A DNA stretch of 64,000 nt from an uncultured Gemmatimonadales bacterium (GCA_963742755.1 CAVUMU010000010.1:141263-205262); one strand, 5' to 3'. Counted from the stretch's first letter, positions 39,734 through 50,808 are shown. Made by a program: numbers and translations. The notes: generated by a model from the sequence alone, not told the origin.

Positions 39734-41625
39734 CTGGCCTCGAGGGTCTCTTCGTGCTGCAGCGCGGTGATACGGCGGGCGATCCCTGCGGCAGTCAGAC
39801 CGAAGCTCTCGAGCTGCTCGGCGCGGGGCGCCTGCTCGATCAGCCGGTCGGGCACGCCCAGCGCCACCACCCGAACCTCCGGGTGCGTGGTCTGCAGCGT
39901 CTCGGCCAGGTGGGCGCCGAATCCGTTGACGATGGTGCCCTCCTCGACCGTCACGAGATTGCGATGCTGCTGGGCGAGGGATTCGAGCATTGCAGCATCC
40001 ATCGGCTTGATGAAGCGGCAGTTCACCACCGCGCAGTCGATACCATCCTGGGCCAGGAGCTCGGCAGCCTCGACCGCGGGCAAAACCATCGTGCCGACCG
40101 CGAGGATGGCGACATCCTTCCCCCGCCTGAGCTGCTCCCAGGTTCCATAGGGGATTGCCGAGATCTCGGAGGCCGGACGCGGCTGGTCAGGCGCCTTGTC
40201 CCGGGGATACCTGGTGCTGAACGGCCCGTCGTGGGCCAGCGCGGTCCGAAGCAGGCCGACCAGCTCATCCCCGTCCTTGGGCGCGGTGACCGTCATGCCG
40301 GGAACCGCGAGCATGTAGGCCATGTCGTACAGCCCCATGTGCGTCTGCCCATCCTCGCCCACCAGTCCTGCCCGGTCCATGCAGAAGACCACGGGCAGGT
40401 GCTGCACCGCCACGTCATGGATGACGTTGTCGTAGGCCCGCTGGAGGAAGGTGCTGTAGATGGCACAGACCGGCCGGATGCCCTGGGTGGCCAGTCCCCC
40501 GGCGAAGGTCACGGCATGCCCCTCCGCGATTCCGACGTCGAAGAAGCGCTCGGGATACTTCTTCTGAAAGACCGCGGTGCCGGTCCCCGACGGCATGGCC
40601 GCGGTGATCGCCACGACCTCGGGATGCTCCCCCGCAAGCGCGGTCAGGGCTTCGCCGAACGCCTGGGTCCAGGTGGGCGGCCCGCTCGACTTCTTCCGGG
40701 CCTCGCCGGTCACGGGGTCATAGGCGGCCAGGCCGTGCCACTTCTCCTGGTTGTCCTCGGCAAAGGAAAATCCCTTGCCCTTCTGGGTCATGACGTGGAT
40801 CACCCGGGGGCCGGCCATCCCGCGGACAAAGCGGAGGGTATCGGCGAGCTTCTGGAGATCGTGTCCGTCGATCGGGCCGAAGTAGCGGAAGCCGAGCTCC
40901 TCGAAGAACATGCCGGGAGAGAACAGGTTCTTGACGCTCTCCTCCACGTTCCGGGCGAATTCCACCACGCCCTCGCCAAAGACCCCGCCCAACGCGAAGG
41001 TCAGGCCCTTGATCCGCTCCCGCAGCCGGTTGGTTCTCGGGTCGGCCACGATGCGCCCCAGGGTCTTGCTGATGGCGCCGACGTTGGGAGAGATGGACAT
41101 CCCGTTGTCGTTGACGATCAGGATGATATCGCGGTCGGAATGGCCCGCGTTGTTCATCCCTTCGTAGGAGAGGCCGCAGGTGAGCGCACCGTCGCCCACC
41201 ACGGCGGCCACCTTGTAGTGCTCGCCTTTGAGGTCCCGGGCGGTGGCCATGCCGAGCGCGGCCGACATGGCGGTACCCGCGTGCCCGGCGCCGAAGTGGT
41301 CGTGCTTGCTCTCGCTGCGCTTGAGGAAGCCCGAAATCCCGTCCTGCTGCCGGAGGGTCGGGAATGACTCGGACCGGCCAGTGAGCAGCTTCCAGGCATA
41401 AGCCTGATGGCCCACGTCCCAAACGATCTTGTCGCTGGGCGAATCGAACTCATAGAGCAGCGCGATGGTCAGCTCGACCACGCCGAGGCTGGCGCCGATA
41501 TGGCCGCCGGTGATCGAGCAGCACTCGATGAGCCGGTCGCGGATCTCCTGGGCCAGCTCGGGCAGCTGGTCGCGGCGGAGGCGCTTGAGGTCGTCGGGGC
41601 CGTTAAGGGTCGAGAGCAGGGACAT
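39730..41625 (-). CDS. dxs: 1-deoxy-D-xylulose-5-phosphate synthase
   Basis: WDVGHQAY, GDGALT, NDNGMSI, DVGIAE, YSTFLQRAYD, DRAGLVGEDG. Confidence 0.97.
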   Translation of the reverse strand: MSLLSTLNGPDDLKRLRRDQLPELAQEIRDRLIECCSITGGHIGASLGVVELTIALLYEFDSPSDKIVWDVGHQAYAWKLLTGRSESFPTLRQQDGISGFLKRSESKHDHFGAGHAGTAMSAALGMATARDLKGEHYKVAAVVGDGALTCGLSYEGMNNAGHSDRDIILIVNDNGMSISPNVGAISKTLGRIVADPRTNRLRERIKGLTFALGGVFGEGVVEFARNVEESVKNLFSPGMFFEELGFRYFGPIDGHDLQKLADTLRFVRGMAGPRVIHVMTQKGKGFSFAEDNQEKWHGLAAYDPVTGEARKKSSGPPTWTQAFGEALTALAGEHPEVVAITAAMPSGTGTAVFQKKYPERFFDVGIAEGHAVTFAGGLATQGIRPVCAIYSTFLQRAYDNVIHDVAVQHLPVVFCMDRAGLVGEDGQTHMGLYDMAYMLAVPGMTVTAPKDGDELVGLLRTALAHDGPFSTRYPRDKAPDQPRPASEISAIPYGTWEQLRRGKDVAILAVGTMVLPAVEAAELLAQDGIDCAVVNCRFIKPMDAAMLESLAQQHRNLVTVEEGTIVNGFGAHLAETLQTTHPEVRVVALGVPDRLIEQAPRAEQLESFGLTAAGIARRITALQHEETLEAR

Positions 41626-41633
41626 GTCACAAT

Positions 41634-41688
41634 GGGGTTGGCGGGGCAGCGGGGCGGCGGGGCTCCCCGCTGCCCCACCGCCCCGCTG
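41634..41688. repeat. Inverted 8-mer GGCAGCGG arrays forming a hairpin
   Basis: gttggcgg ggcagcgg ggcggcgg followed by ccgctgcc ccaccgcc cccgctg. Confidence 0.65.
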
Positions 41689-41691
41689 TGA

Positions 41692-42603
41692 TCACGAGCT
41701 TCTCGTTACAATATACCCGGCCAAGGCGCGGAGTGCCCCCGAGGGAACCCCAACGCGGTCGAGGTGCGCCACCGCGCTTTGGGCCAACCGCTGGGCCTCC
41801 GCGCGGGCTCCATCGATGCCGAGCAGGACGACATAGGTGGACTTGGCCAGCTGGGCATCGCGACCCGCCGGTTTGCCCAGCTCCTCGCTCGTCCCGGTAG
41901 CGTCCAGAACATCGTCCGCAATCTGAAACGCCAGGCCGATATCCTCGCCATAGGCGGTGAGGCCTTCCAGCTGATCCGTGCCGGCCTCGGCCGCCATGCC
42001 TCCGAGGGTGCACGCCGCCCGGATCAGTGCGCCGGTCTTGCCCCGGTGCACCTCGATCAGCTCGGAGAGCGGCAGCTTCCGGCGCTCGGCCTCCAGGTCG
42101 AGCCACTGCCCCCCTACCATGCCTTCGATTCCGCCGGCCTGGAAGAGCTCACCGGCCATCGAGCCCAGTGTGCTGGCGGGTAGTCGAAGCTCACCTGACG
42201 CTACGGCAAGCAGGCGCGCCGCCACCGGGACCAGCAGGAAGCCGACCCGGGTAGCGGTGGCTACGTCGAAGGCTCGGTGGGTGGTGGGGCGACCCCGCCT
42301 GAGGTTGTCATCATCCATGCACGGAAGATCGTCGTGCACCAGCGAGTAGGTGTGCACCGTCTCGACCGCCGCGGCGACACCCGCAATGGCCGAGGAGCTG
42401 CCGCCCAGCGCGCGGTAGGCGGCCATCAAGAGAGCGGCACGAACCCGCTTGCCGGGAGTTCTGAGAGCATACGAGAGCGCCTGACCCTGACGCCCCCCGA
42501 TCTCCTGTTCCAGGCGCCTGGCCCAGCCGCTCAGAAGCGCGTCGGTGCGCTCTCTCGCCTCCGCCAGCAGATTCGTTGCCGCCGCCGAGGCGGCTTCAGG
42601 CAT
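41692..42603 (-). CDS. ispA: Polyprenyl (farnesyl/geranylgeranyl) diphosphate synthase
   Basis: GKRVR, SLVHDDLPCMDDDNLRRG, GQWLD, KTGAL, FQIADDVLD. Confidence 0.92.
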   Translation of the reverse strand: MPEAASAAATNLLAEARERTDALLSGWARRLEQEIGGRQGQALSYALRTPGKRVRAALLMAAYRALGGSSSAIAGVAAAVETVHTYSLVHDDLPCMDDDNLRRGRPTTHRAFDVATATRVGFLLVPVAARLLAVASGELRLPASTLGSMAGELFQAGGIEGMVGGQWLDLEAERRKLPLSELIEVHRGKTGALIRAACTLGGMAAEAGTDQLEGLTAYGEDIGLAFQIADDVLDATGTSEELGKPAGRDAQLAKSTYVVLLGIDGARAEAQRLAQSAVAHLDRVGVPSGALRALAGYIVTRSS

Positions 42604-42835
42604 CGAGATCGGTCAGCCTGAGGTCGCCACCCGCCTCCTCCAGCACGGCCTGCACCTTCACCTCGGCGGCCACCAGGCGTTCCCGCGCCGCCCTGAGGCG
42701 GGCGATCCCCTCCTCGAACAGCAACAGCGCCGCATCCAGCTCGACATCGTCCGCCTCCAGCTTACGGACGATCTCTTCCAGACGGGCCAACTCCTCCGCC
42801 AGGGCCGGTGTGGACGGGGGCCCAGTTTTAGGCAT
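42596..42835 (-). CDS. xseB: Exodeoxyribonuclease VII small subunit
   Basis: LEEIVRKLE..LDAALLLFEEG; lies between xseA and ispA. Confidence 0.93.
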   Translation of the reverse strand: MPKTGPPSTPALAEELARLEEIVRKLEADDVELDAALLLFEEGIARLRAARERLVAAEVKVQAVLEEAGGDLRLTDLDA

Positions 42836-42840
42836 GGCGA

Positions 42841-43992
42841 TTACTCCACCCGGGCGCGGACGTCGCCGTCGGCCACCCGCAACCGGAAGCTGGCATCCTT
42901 GATGAAGTCGGCTCGCTTTTTCAGGACCCGCCCGGCGTCGTCTATCGGCACGGCGTAGCCGCGGCCGAGCACCCGGAGCGGACTCAGCGCATCGAGCTGG
43001 GCGGCGAGCCGCTCGACCAGATTCCGACGCGAATCGAGAACCCATTCCATTCCGCTGTGCAGCCGGTCGGCGCTGCGCGCCAGCCGCGCGGCCGCGAGGC
43101 GGGTGCGGCCGGTCAGCCCCGAGGCCAGACGCACCGACAGATCGTCTACCAGCCGCAACACGTCCCGCCGGTTGGCCACCGCGAGCTCGGCCGCCGCGGA
43201 TGGTGTGGCGGCTCGATGATCGGCCACCAGGTCGGTGAGGGAGATGTCGATCTCATGCCCGACCGCGGAGACGGTAGGGACCCGCACGTTGGCGAGAGCG
43301 CGACACACGGCTTCGCTGTTGAACGCGGCCAGATCCTCGCGCGCGCCGCCCCCGCGGCCCACGATACAGATGTCGAGGCCCGAAATCCGGTTCACCAGCC
43401 GGAGCGCACGGACCAGATCCTCGACCGCGCCCTCGCCCTGTACCCGTGCCCCGACGAGCAGGATCCTGGCGCCAGGCCACCGCTTCCGGGTAACCGTGAC
43501 CACGTCCTTGAGCGCGGCTCCATCGCGGGACGTCACCACCGCGATGGTGCTGACGTAGGGCGGCACCGCACGCTTGCGCAACGGGTCAAAGAGGCCGTCC
43601 TGCTGAAGCAGCGCCTTTACCCGCTCCAGCTCCTGCTGCTTCTGCCCGACCGCGCTGGTGGGCAGCATGCGGGAGACGATGAGCTGGAACTCGCCCTTTT
43701 CTTCGTAAAGCCCGGGCTTGGCCAGGACGTAGACCTCGGTGCCATCCACCGGCGGCTTCCCTGCCCGCAAAGCGTTCAACCTGAACATGGAACATCGGAC
43801 CTGGCTCCGGCCCTCACGCAACGTGAAGTACCAGTGCCCGCTCGACCAGACCTTGCACTGGAGCACCTCCCCCCGCACCCAGATGGGCGGGAAGCTGCCC
43901 TCGATGAGCCCTTTGATCGCGGTGTTGAGGCGGCCTACGGACCAGACCTGGTCCGACACAGAGGGGCTGTTAAGCGGGAGCGATAAGGTCAT
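42841..43992 (-). CDS. xseA: Exodeoxyribonuclease VII large subunit
   Basis: SGHWYFTL, GRGGG, SAVGHEID, TPSAAAE, LSPLRVLGRGY. Confidence 0.96.
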   Translation of the reverse strand: MTLSLPLNSPSVSDQVWSVGRLNTAIKGLIEGSFPPIWVRGEVLQCKVWSSGHWYFTLREGRSQVRCSMFRLNALRAGKPPVDGTEVYVLAKPGLYEEKGEFQLIVSRMLPTSAVGQKQQELERVKALLQQDGLFDPLRKRAVPPYVSTIAVVTSRDGAALKDVVTVTRKRWPGARILLVGARVQGEGAVEDLVRALRLVNRISGLDICIVGRGGGAREDLAAFNSEAVCRALANVRVPTVSAVGHEIDISLTDLVADHRAATPSAAAELAVANRRDVLRLVDDLSVRLASGLTGRTRLAAARLARSADRLHSGMEWVLDSRRNLVERLAAQLDALSPLRVLGRGYAVPIDDAGRVLKKRADFIKDASFRLRVADGDVRARVE

Positions 43993-43996
43993 AGAT

Positions 43997-44110
43997 GAAG
44001 TAAGAAGTAAGAAGTGAGAGGTAAGAGGTTAGAAGCAAAAAGAGAAGGCTATATCAGCACCAGCTTCTGATCGCGCGCCCTCTCACTTCTCCCTCCTTAC
44101 CTCTCACTTC
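43997..44110. repeat. Inverted heptamer GARGTRA arrays
   Basis: gaagtaa gaagtaa gaagtga gaggtaa gaggtta ... tcacttc, ttacctc tcacttc. Confidence 0.75.
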
Positions 44111-45000
44111 TGCCAGTCGGCTGCCATCTGCTTCATGGCCTGCAGCGTGTTCTGGAGCAGCATGGCGATGGTCATGGGGCCGACCCCACCGGGAACCGGC
44201 GTGATGGCGGAGGCAATCTTCGCCACCGGCTCATAGGCCACGTCGCCCACGAGGCGATACCCCTTGGGACGCGATGGGTCTTCCACCCGGTTGATGCCGA
44301 CGTCAATGACGACCGCGCCGGGACGTACCATGTCGGCGGTGACGAATTCCGCCTTTCCGATGGCCGCCACCAGGATGTCGGCCTGCCGGGTGACCGCCGG
44401 CAGGTCACGAGTCCGCGAGTGGCACACGGTCACCGTGGCGTCGCCGCCCGGCCCCTGTTGAATCAGGAGATTAGCCATCGGCTTTCCCACGATGTTCGAG
44501 CGACCAACGATGACCGCGTGAGCTCCCTTGGTCTCGATGCCGGAGCGAATCAGCATCTGCTGCACGCCGTACGGGGTGGCCGGCCGGAACGCGGTTGTAT
44601 CGCCGGTCACCAGTTTGCCCACGTTGACCGGATGAAAGCCATCCACGTCCTTCCCCGGGTCGATCCGCTGCAACACCTTCTCGCTGTTGATGTGCTTGGG
44701 CAGCGGCAGCTGGACCAGGATGCCGTGAATCGCGGTATCCGCATTGAGCCGGTCCACCGTCGCCAGCAGCCCGGCCTCGGAGGTTTCGGCCGGCAGCCTG
44801 AGGGTCACCGAGTGCATACCGGCTTCCTCGCAGGCCTTCCCCTTGGACCGGACATACACCCCGCTGGCGGGATCCTCACCCACCAGGACGGCGGCCAGTC
44901 CGGGCTTTCGTCCCGAGCTGCTCAGCCGCGCCACCTCGGCGGCCACTTCCGCCCGGATCGCCCCGGCGATTGCGACGCCGTCGAGGACGCGGGCGCTCAC
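44104..45000 (-). CDS. folD: Bifunctional methylenetetrahydrofolate dehydrogenase/cyclohydrolase
   Basis: [39 protein letters not shown]. Confidence 0.97.
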   Translation of the reverse strand: MSARVLDGVAIAGAIRAEVAAEVARLSSSGRKPGLAAVLVGEDPASGVYVRSKGKACEEAGMHSVTLRLPAETSEAGLLATVDRLNADTAIHGILVQLPLPKHINSEKVLQRIDPGKDVDGFHPVNVGKLVTGDTTAFRPATPYGVQQMLIRSGIETKGAHAVIVGRSNIVGKPMANLLIQQGPGGDATVTVCHSRTRDLPAVTRQADILVAAIGKAEFVTADMVRPGAVVIDVGINRVEDPSRPKGYRLVGDVAYEPVAKIASAITPVPGGVGPMTIAMLLQNTLQAMKQMAADWQK

Positions 45001-46577
45001 CGGGCGAAATCCACTGCGCGGGTCTCCCGAATCACCACCACCTTGATCTGGCCAGGATACTGCAGCTCGCCCTCGATCTTTCGGGCGATCGTCTCCGAGA
45101 GCTGCGCAGCGGAGGCGTCGTCGATGCGCTCGGGGGTCACGACCACGCGGATCTCGCGCCCAGCCTGGATGACGTTGCTCTTCTCCACCCCGGGGAAGGC
45201 GTTGGCGATCTCTTCCAGGCGGGTCAACCGCTTGACGTAACTCTCGAAGGCTTCGCGCCGGGCACCCGGCCGAGAGCCGCTGATGGCATCAGCCGCCTGG
45301 ACCAGCACCGACTCGGTGGATTCGTGCGGCACGTCGTCGTGGTGGGCCTGAATGCAGTTGATCACCGCTGCACTCTCTCCATATTTGCGCGCCACCTCCA
45401 CGCCCAGCTCGACGTGGGTTCCTTCGCTGTTGTGGGTGAGCACCTTGCCGACGTCGTGCAGCAGGGCGCCGCGCTTGGCCAGCAGGACGTCGACGTGCAG
45501 CTCGGCCGCCATCATGCCGGCCAGCCAGGCCACTTCCTTCGAATGATCGAGGATGTTCTGGCCGTAGGAGGTGCGGTAGCGCATCCGGCCGATCAACTTG
45601 ATCATTTCCGGATGCAGCCCGTGGACGCCAGTGTCGTACGCCGCCTGCTCGCCCAGCTCGACCAGCTGGGTCTCCAGCTCCGCGCCCATCTTCAGCACGA
45701 CCTCTTCGATACGGCCCGGGTGGATGCGGCCGTCCACGATGAGGGCCTCGAGCGACCGGCGAGCCACTTCTCGGCGGATGGGATCGAAACAGGAGATGAT
45801 CACGGTGTCGGGCGTGTCGTCGATGATGACGTCGACACCGGTAGCGGTCTCGAAAGCGCGGATGTTCCGGCCCTCGCGGCCGATGATGCGTCCCTTCATG
45901 TCGTCGCTCGGCAGGGCGACGGCGGCCACGGTGCTCTCCGCCGTGTGCTCGGCGCCCAGCCGCTGGATGGCGATGGAGATGATTCGGCGGGCGTCCCGGT
46001 CGGCGGTGCGGCGCGCCTGGTCCTTGATGTCGCGCACCAGCGCCGCGGCCTGGCCCCGGGCCTCATCCTCGATCCGCTGGAGAATCTCCCGGCGAGCATC
46101 CTCGGCGGTGAGCCCGGCAATGCGCTCCAGCTTGACCCGCTGCTCCTGGGCCAGCCGGTCGGCCTCTCCCTCGCGGTTCCGGAGGCTCAACTCCCGCTGG
46201 GTCAGCGCCTCCTCCCGGTGCGCTGCTCCCCGCTCCCGGGCATCGATCTCCTCCAGCTTCCGGTCCTGGGTGCGGGCCCGTTCCTCGGCGCGGCGCTCGA
46301 GCCGGTCCCATTCTTCCCGCCGCCGGAGAATCTCACGGTCGAGATCTTCCCGCAGCTTGAGCGTCTCCATCTTGGCGCCGAGCAGCAGGTCGGCTTTCGC
46401 TGCCTCTGCATCACGCTGGCCCTCCGAGCGCAACCGCTCGGCATCCACCCGTGCCACCGTGAGAATACCGGTGGCGCTCCGTCGCTGATTCCGGGTATAG
46501 AACAGGATGAACAACAGCGAGCCGGCCAGTGCCGCAGCCACCCCCGCCAGAACAGCAAGGAGGAGAGACTCGAGCAT
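44997..46577 (-). CDS. rny: Ribonuclease Y
   Basis: N-terminal TM, coiled coil, KH domain ([13 protein letters not shown]), HD domain ([20 protein letters not shown]). Confidence 0.96.
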   Translation of the reverse strand: MLESLLLAVLAGVAAALAGSLLFILFYTRNQRRSATGILTVARVDAERLRSEGQRDAEAAKADLLLGAKMETLKLREDLDREILRRREEWDRLERRAEERARTQDRKLEEIDARERGAAHREEALTQRELSLRNREGEADRLAQEQRVKLERIAGLTAEDARREILQRIEDEARGQAAALVRDIKDQARRTADRDARRIISIAIQRLGAEHTAESTVAAVALPSDDMKGRIIGREGRNIRAFETATGVDVIIDDTPDTVIISCFDPIRREVARRSLEALIVDGRIHPGRIEEVVLKMGAELETQLVELGEQAAYDTGVHGLHPEMIKLIGRMRYRTSYGQNILDHSKEVAWLAGMMAAELHVDVLLAKRGALLHDVGKVLTHNSEGTHVELGVEVARKYGESAAVINCIQAHHDDVPHESTESVLVQAADAISGSRPGARREAFESYVKRLTRLEEIANAFPGVEKSNVIQAGREIRVVVTPERIDDASAAQLSETIARKIEGELQYPGQIKVVVIRETRAVDFAR

Positions 46578-46590
46578 TAGGGTTCTCCCC

Positions 46591-46899
46591 TCAGGAGGCT
46601 GCGCGAGTACCGCGCTTGGCTGGTGGGAGGAGCCGGGCCAGATCGTCGGCCATGGCGGTAAGCCGGTCGGCGACGTCGCGATCGCCCCGGCGGGCCTGAA
46701 AGAGCTCGTCCGTGATGGCGAGGGCGGCCAGGATCGCCGCCTTCTGGGTTTCGACCATGGGAAGGCTATCCCGTACCCGTTTCAGCGCCGCGTCGAGGTA
46801 CGCCGCCACCTCCCGGGTGTAGTCGGGTGGAAGCTCGGAGCGGACGGTGTACTCCTCGCCGCCGATGATGACCCGGACCGCGTTCTTGGTGGTGCTCAC
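46591..46899 (-). CDS. zapA: Cell division protein ZapA
   Basis: VIIGGEEYTV, VAAYLD, AILAALAITDEL; lies between pheT and rny. Confidence 0.9.
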   Translation of the reverse strand: MSTTKNAVRVIIGGEEYTVRSELPPDYTREVAAYLDAALKRVRDSLPMVETQKAAILAALAITDELFQARRGDRDVADRLTAMADDLARLLPPAKRGTRAAS

Positions 46900-47213
46900 G
46901 CGGCGTTGCCTCCGCCGTGCTGCTCCAGAAAGGACAGCCGGCCGTTCAGAGCCTTGAGGCGTTCCTTGGCACCGTCGATGCGCTGTCGCAAGGCTTGATT
47001 CTCCATCTCGAGCTCGATGATTCTCTGGCGAGCCTGATTGAGCTCCGGTCCGGCCAGCACGCCGCCGTTGGCCCGGACATCCTGCAGCTCGCCCTCCGCC
47101 TTCAACGTTCGCCTCCGCCAGCCGGCCAGCTCTTCGGCCAGGTGGTGCAGCAGCTGTTCCAGGTCGGCCATGGCCTTCTGGTCGGGCCGCTCGTAATGGT
47201 AGGTCACGCTCAC
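46896..47213 (-). CDS. Coiled-coil protein (ZapB-like position)
   Basis: LEMENQALRQRI heptads; GTGA overlaps with pheT and zapA. Confidence 0.75.
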   Translation of the reverse strand: MSVTYHYERPDQKAMADLEQLLHHLAEELAGWRRRTLKAEGELQDVRANGGVLAGPELNQARQRIIELEMENQALRQRIDGAKERLKALNGRLSFLEQHGGGNAA

Positions 47214-49603
47214 GCTCCACCCCTTGGTCCGCCTGCGTCGCGGCGCTGGATGTCCAGCTCAGTTGCCAGCGCAGCGAGCATGCGGGCCTCGATAGCGTCT
47301 ATTTCAGGATCGCGCAGCGTGCGGTCGGCGGCCCTGAAGGTGAGCCGGAACGCGACACTGCGGCGGGCGGGGGGCAGCTCGGGTCCTCGGTAGTCGCTTT
47401 CGACCAACATCGACTCGAGCAGCTCGCCGCCAATGCGTTCGAGCAACTCCTCGACCTGCCGCGCGGTGGTCCCTTCTCCGAGCAGGAGCGCGAGCACCCG
47501 TTCAGAGGACGGCGTCGAGGCGAGGGTCACGAATCGCGCCGGAGGGCGCGGAGCCGGATCGAGCAGCAGCTCGAACCCGAAGAGCGGAGCCGCCCAGGGA
47601 GGCGCATCGGCCGCCACCGGCCCCGCGCGGCCGACCGTGCGGCCGTTCGAGTCCCGGGCAATCCATTCGGACCCTTCAACCTGCACTGCGCCTTGTGGAA
47701 TCGCCAGAGCGACGGCCGCCTCGAATTGCCCCTTGAGATCCCACAGATCAAACCGCTCCTGGCCCGATCCAGTCCAGTGCGGCGGCTCCCGATGACCGGT
47801 CAGGACGGCGGCCAGGTGCCGCTCTTCCCGCGGCCGCTCGCCGCCGGCCGCGGCGATGAAAACGGTGCCGATCTCGAACAGGCGCACGTCGGCGACATGT
47901 TTGGCCCAGTTGCCCTCGACCAGGCGCACAAGTCCGGGCAGGAGGCGCCGGCGCAGGTAGCCATCCGCATTCGACAATGGATTCAGCAGCCGCACGCTGT
48001 CCGAGCCGTCGGCCGGCCCGGTGGGCAGCGGCGAGACCTCGAAGAATCCCTGCCGCGCAAGCCCACGCCGCACCTCGGACGTGGCGCGCTCGATCGGCGC
48101 ATCGGGCAGGAGGCCAGGCCGAAACGGCCGCAGCTCCGAGGGGAATTTCTCGTACCCGTGCATTCGGGCCACCTCTTCGATGAGGTCCACCTCCCGGAGC
48201 AGGTCGGGCCGCCAGCTCGGCGCCTCTACCGCAATGCGGCCGTCGTCCGGCTTGGATACAACGGTGGCTCCGATGGCAACCAGGTAGCCCTCCAGAACCT
48301 GCCACGGGAACTCCACGCCAAGGACCTGAGACACTCTTGCCGGCCGGAGAAAGATGCGCGGCGGATTGCTTGGTCCGGGCCCCACATCCACCGGAGCTCC
48401 AGTCAGCTCGCCACCCGCGGTAGCTCCGATGATCTCGATGCACCGTCGCAGGGACTCGACCCCACCCCATCGGTCGATGCCCCGTTCGAAGCGGTAGCTT
48501 GCCTCGGTGGAGAGCCCCAGCGCGCGCCGGGTCCGCCTGATACCGCCAGGGGTGAAATAGGCGCACTCGAGGAACAGGTCCACCGTATCGGCGGTGACTT
48601 CGGTGGCCGCTCCTCCCATTACCCCGGCCACCCCGATGGCGCCATCGTCGTCGGCGATCACCGTCATCTCGGGTGTGAGCTTGCGCTCCACGCCGTCGAG
48701 CGTGACGACGGTCTCGCCCTCCCGCGCCCGCCGCGGCACCACGCTCGGGCCTCGAAGCCGGGCAATGTCATACGCGTGCATCGGCTGGTTGAGCTCGAGC
48801 ATGACGTAGTTGGTGGCATCCACAACGTTATTGATCGAGCGGACACCGGCCGACTCGAGCCGGCGGGCCAACCAGTCCGGCGAGGGGGCTACCTTGACCC
48901 CCCTGATGACGGCGGCGAGGAACCGAGGGCAGCCCTCGAGATCTTCAATTGCCGCCCGCACGCCACCGACCTCTGTGCTGTTCCCCACCCGGCGAACCGG
49001 AGGCACCTCGATGCTAGGCGAGCCGGGGATGATCGGAAGGCGGAAGGGAGCCCCGTAGCTGGCGGATAGCTCCCGGGCAATTCCTTTATGCCCCAGCAGG
49101 TCGGGGCGGTTGGGGCCCACGTCGACTACCAGTCTGTGATCGTCGAGTGGGAGAGCCTCCAGCAGGCGGGTGCCGGGCGCGGCTTGGGTTCCCAGCTCCC
49201 AGATCCCGTCGCCATCCTGGCCCAGGCCCAGCTCGCGGGCCGAGCACAGCATCCCCTCCGACGCCTCGCCTCGAAGCTTACGCTTCTCGATGCGAAGGCC
49301 GCCGGGAAGCGTGGCGCCGACAGGCGCGAAGGGATACTTCCGCCCCGCCGTCACATTCGCCGCGCCACACACCACGTTGCGCCGCTCGGCCGTTCCATCG
49401 TTCACCAGGCAGACCCGGAGCCGGTCGGCGTTGGGATGCGGCCGCACCTCCTCCACCAGTCCGATGAGCACGTCGCCCAGCCCGGCGTGCAGCGGATCCA
49501 CGCCGTCCACCGGCGCTCCCAACATCGCCAGCCGGTTGGTGACGTCTTTGACGTCCAACCTGCGACGGAGGAAATCCTCGAGCCAGCGCAGCGAAACGTT
49601 CAT
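47210..49603 (-). CDS. pheT: Phenylalanine--tRNA ligase beta subunit
   Basis: HPNADRL, SEGMLCS, NRPDLLG, RSINNVVD, SYRFERG, DLIEEVAR, FDX-ACB tail. Confidence 0.97.
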   Translation of the reverse strand: MNVSLRWLEDFLRRRLDVKDVTNRLAMLGAPVDGVDPLHAGLGDVLIGLVEEVRPHPNADRLRVCLVNDGTAERRNVVCGAANVTAGRKYPFAPVGATLPGGLRIEKRKLRGEASEGMLCSARELGLGQDGDGIWELGTQAAPGTRLLEALPLDDHRLVVDVGPNRPDLLGHKGIARELSASYGAPFRLPIIPGSPSIEVPPVRRVGNSTEVGGVRAAIEDLEGCPRFLAAVIRGVKVAPSPDWLARRLESAGVRSINNVVDATNYVMLELNQPMHAYDIARLRGPSVVPRRAREGETVVTLDGVERKLTPEMTVIADDDGAIGVAGVMGGAATEVTADTVDLFLECAYFTPGGIRRTRRALGLSTEASYRFERGIDRWGGVESLRRCIEIIGATAGGELTGAPVDVGPGPSNPPRIFLRPARVSQVLGVEFPWQVLEGYLVAIGATVVSKPDDGRIAVEAPSWRPDLLREVDLIEEVARMHGYEKFPSELRPFRPGLLPDAPIERATSEVRRGLARQGFFEVSPLPTGPADGSDSVRLLNPLSNADGYLRRRLLPGLVRLVEGNWAKHVADVRLFEIGTVFIAAAGGERPREERHLAAVLTGHREPPHWTGSGQERFDLWDLKGQFEAAVALAIPQGAVQVEGSEWIARDSNGRTVGRAGPVAADAPPWAAPLFGFELLLDPAPRPPARFVTLASTPSSERVLALLLGEGTTARQVEELLERIGGELLESMLVESDYRGPELPPARRSVAFRLTFRAADRTLRDPEIDAIEARMLAALATELDIQRRDAGGPRGGA

Positions 49604-50655
49604 GCAAACTGTTCCAGAAACCGCATGTCTCCATCGTACAGCAGCCGGATATCCGGGATGCGATGCCGCAGCATCGTGATCCGGTGAGGACCCATGCCGA
49701 AGGCCCAGCCGGTATATCGCTCGGGGTCGAGGCCGGAATGCTCGAACACCGCGGGGTGCACCATCCCGCAGCCGAGAATTTCCATCCAGCCTGTCCCCTT
49801 GCATGCCGCACAGCCACTGCCATGGCAGATCTGGCATTCGACGTCCATCTCCGCCGAGGGCTCGGTGAAGGGGAAGAACGACGGCCGGAAGCGAACCTTG
49901 GTGGTCGGGGAAAAGAACTGGTGCGCAAAGTGGGCTAACGTCGCCTTCAGATCGACGAACGAGATGCCCTCATCGACCGCCAGGCCTTCGATCTGGGAAA
50001 AGGCCGGGGCGTGCGACGCGTCGAAGGGATCGTTGCGATAGACCAGTCCGGGGATGATCACCCGCACCGGCGGCGGTGCCTCGAGCATGGCGCGAATCTG
50101 GACCGGGGAGGTGTGGGTCCGGAGCAGCAGCCGCCCCCCCTGCCCGCCCGCGATCGGTGGGGCATCCACGTACAGCGTGTCGTGCATGTCCATGGCCGGG
50201 TGATCGGCCGGGAAGTTGAGCGCGGTGAAGTTGTACCACTCGGTCTCGACCTCCGGACCCACGGCGACGGTGAAGCCGAGGCCGCGGAAGATCTCTACGA
50301 TCTCGTCGACCACGCGCGTCACCGGATGCTCGCCTCCCACCCAACGCCGCCGCCCCGGCATCGTGAGGTCGATCCCCGCCGAGTCACGGCCGCGACGCTC
50401 CGATTCGAGTACCTCCCGCCGGGCCGCAAAGGCCGCCTCGAAGCTGGCCTTGAGCTGATTGACCGCGGCGCCATAGCCCTTGCGCTGGTCCACCGGCAGG
50501 GTCGGAACCAGCTTCAGCGCTTCAGTGAGCGCCCCGTTCTTGCGGCCGAGCACGGCAATGAGCTCGGACGCGAGCTGGTCCACACTGAGGCGGGGCACAG
50601 CCTCGAGCCGGGGCAGAAACGCGTCGAGTTCGGAATAGCCGGTCGGGTTGGACAT
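49600..50655 (-). CDS. pheS: Phenylalanine--tRNA ligase alpha subunit
   Basis: HPAMDMHDT, LRTHTSPVQ, FRPSFFPFTEPS, GCGMVHP. Confidence 0.97.
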   Translation of the reverse strand: MSNPTGYSELDAFLPRLEAVPRLSVDQLASELIAVLGRKNGALTEALKLVPTLPVDQRKGYGAAVNQLKASFEAAFAARREVLESERRGRDSAGIDLTMPGRRRWVGGEHPVTRVVDEIVEIFRGLGFTVAVGPEVETEWYNFTALNFPADHPAMDMHDTLYVDAPPIAGGQGGRLLLRTHTSPVQIRAMLEAPPPVRVIIPGLVYRNDPFDASHAPAFSQIEGLAVDEGISFVDLKATLAHFAHQFFSPTTKVRFRPSFFPFTEPSAEMDVECQICHGSGCAACKGTGWMEILGCGMVHPAVFEHSGLDPERYTGWAFGMGPHRITMLRHRIPDIRLLYDGDMRFLEQFA

Positions 50656-50768
50656 CAGGCTCGTGGCTATGGGCTAGGGCTACCCGGGTGACCATACAAA
50701 CTCGTCGTGAACATCAGAGCGCCATAGCTCATGGAAGAGCCAATAGCTAATAACCAAACGCCACTTTC

Positions 50769-50808
50769 AAAAGCGATGGGGCCGCCCGCCCCGTGCGAAC
50801 GGCCCCAT
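50769..50808 (-). terminator. Probable intrinsic terminator after rplT
   Basis: Minus strand ATGGGGCCGTTCGC-acggg-GCGGGCGGCCCCAT then cgcTTTT. Confidence 0.6.
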
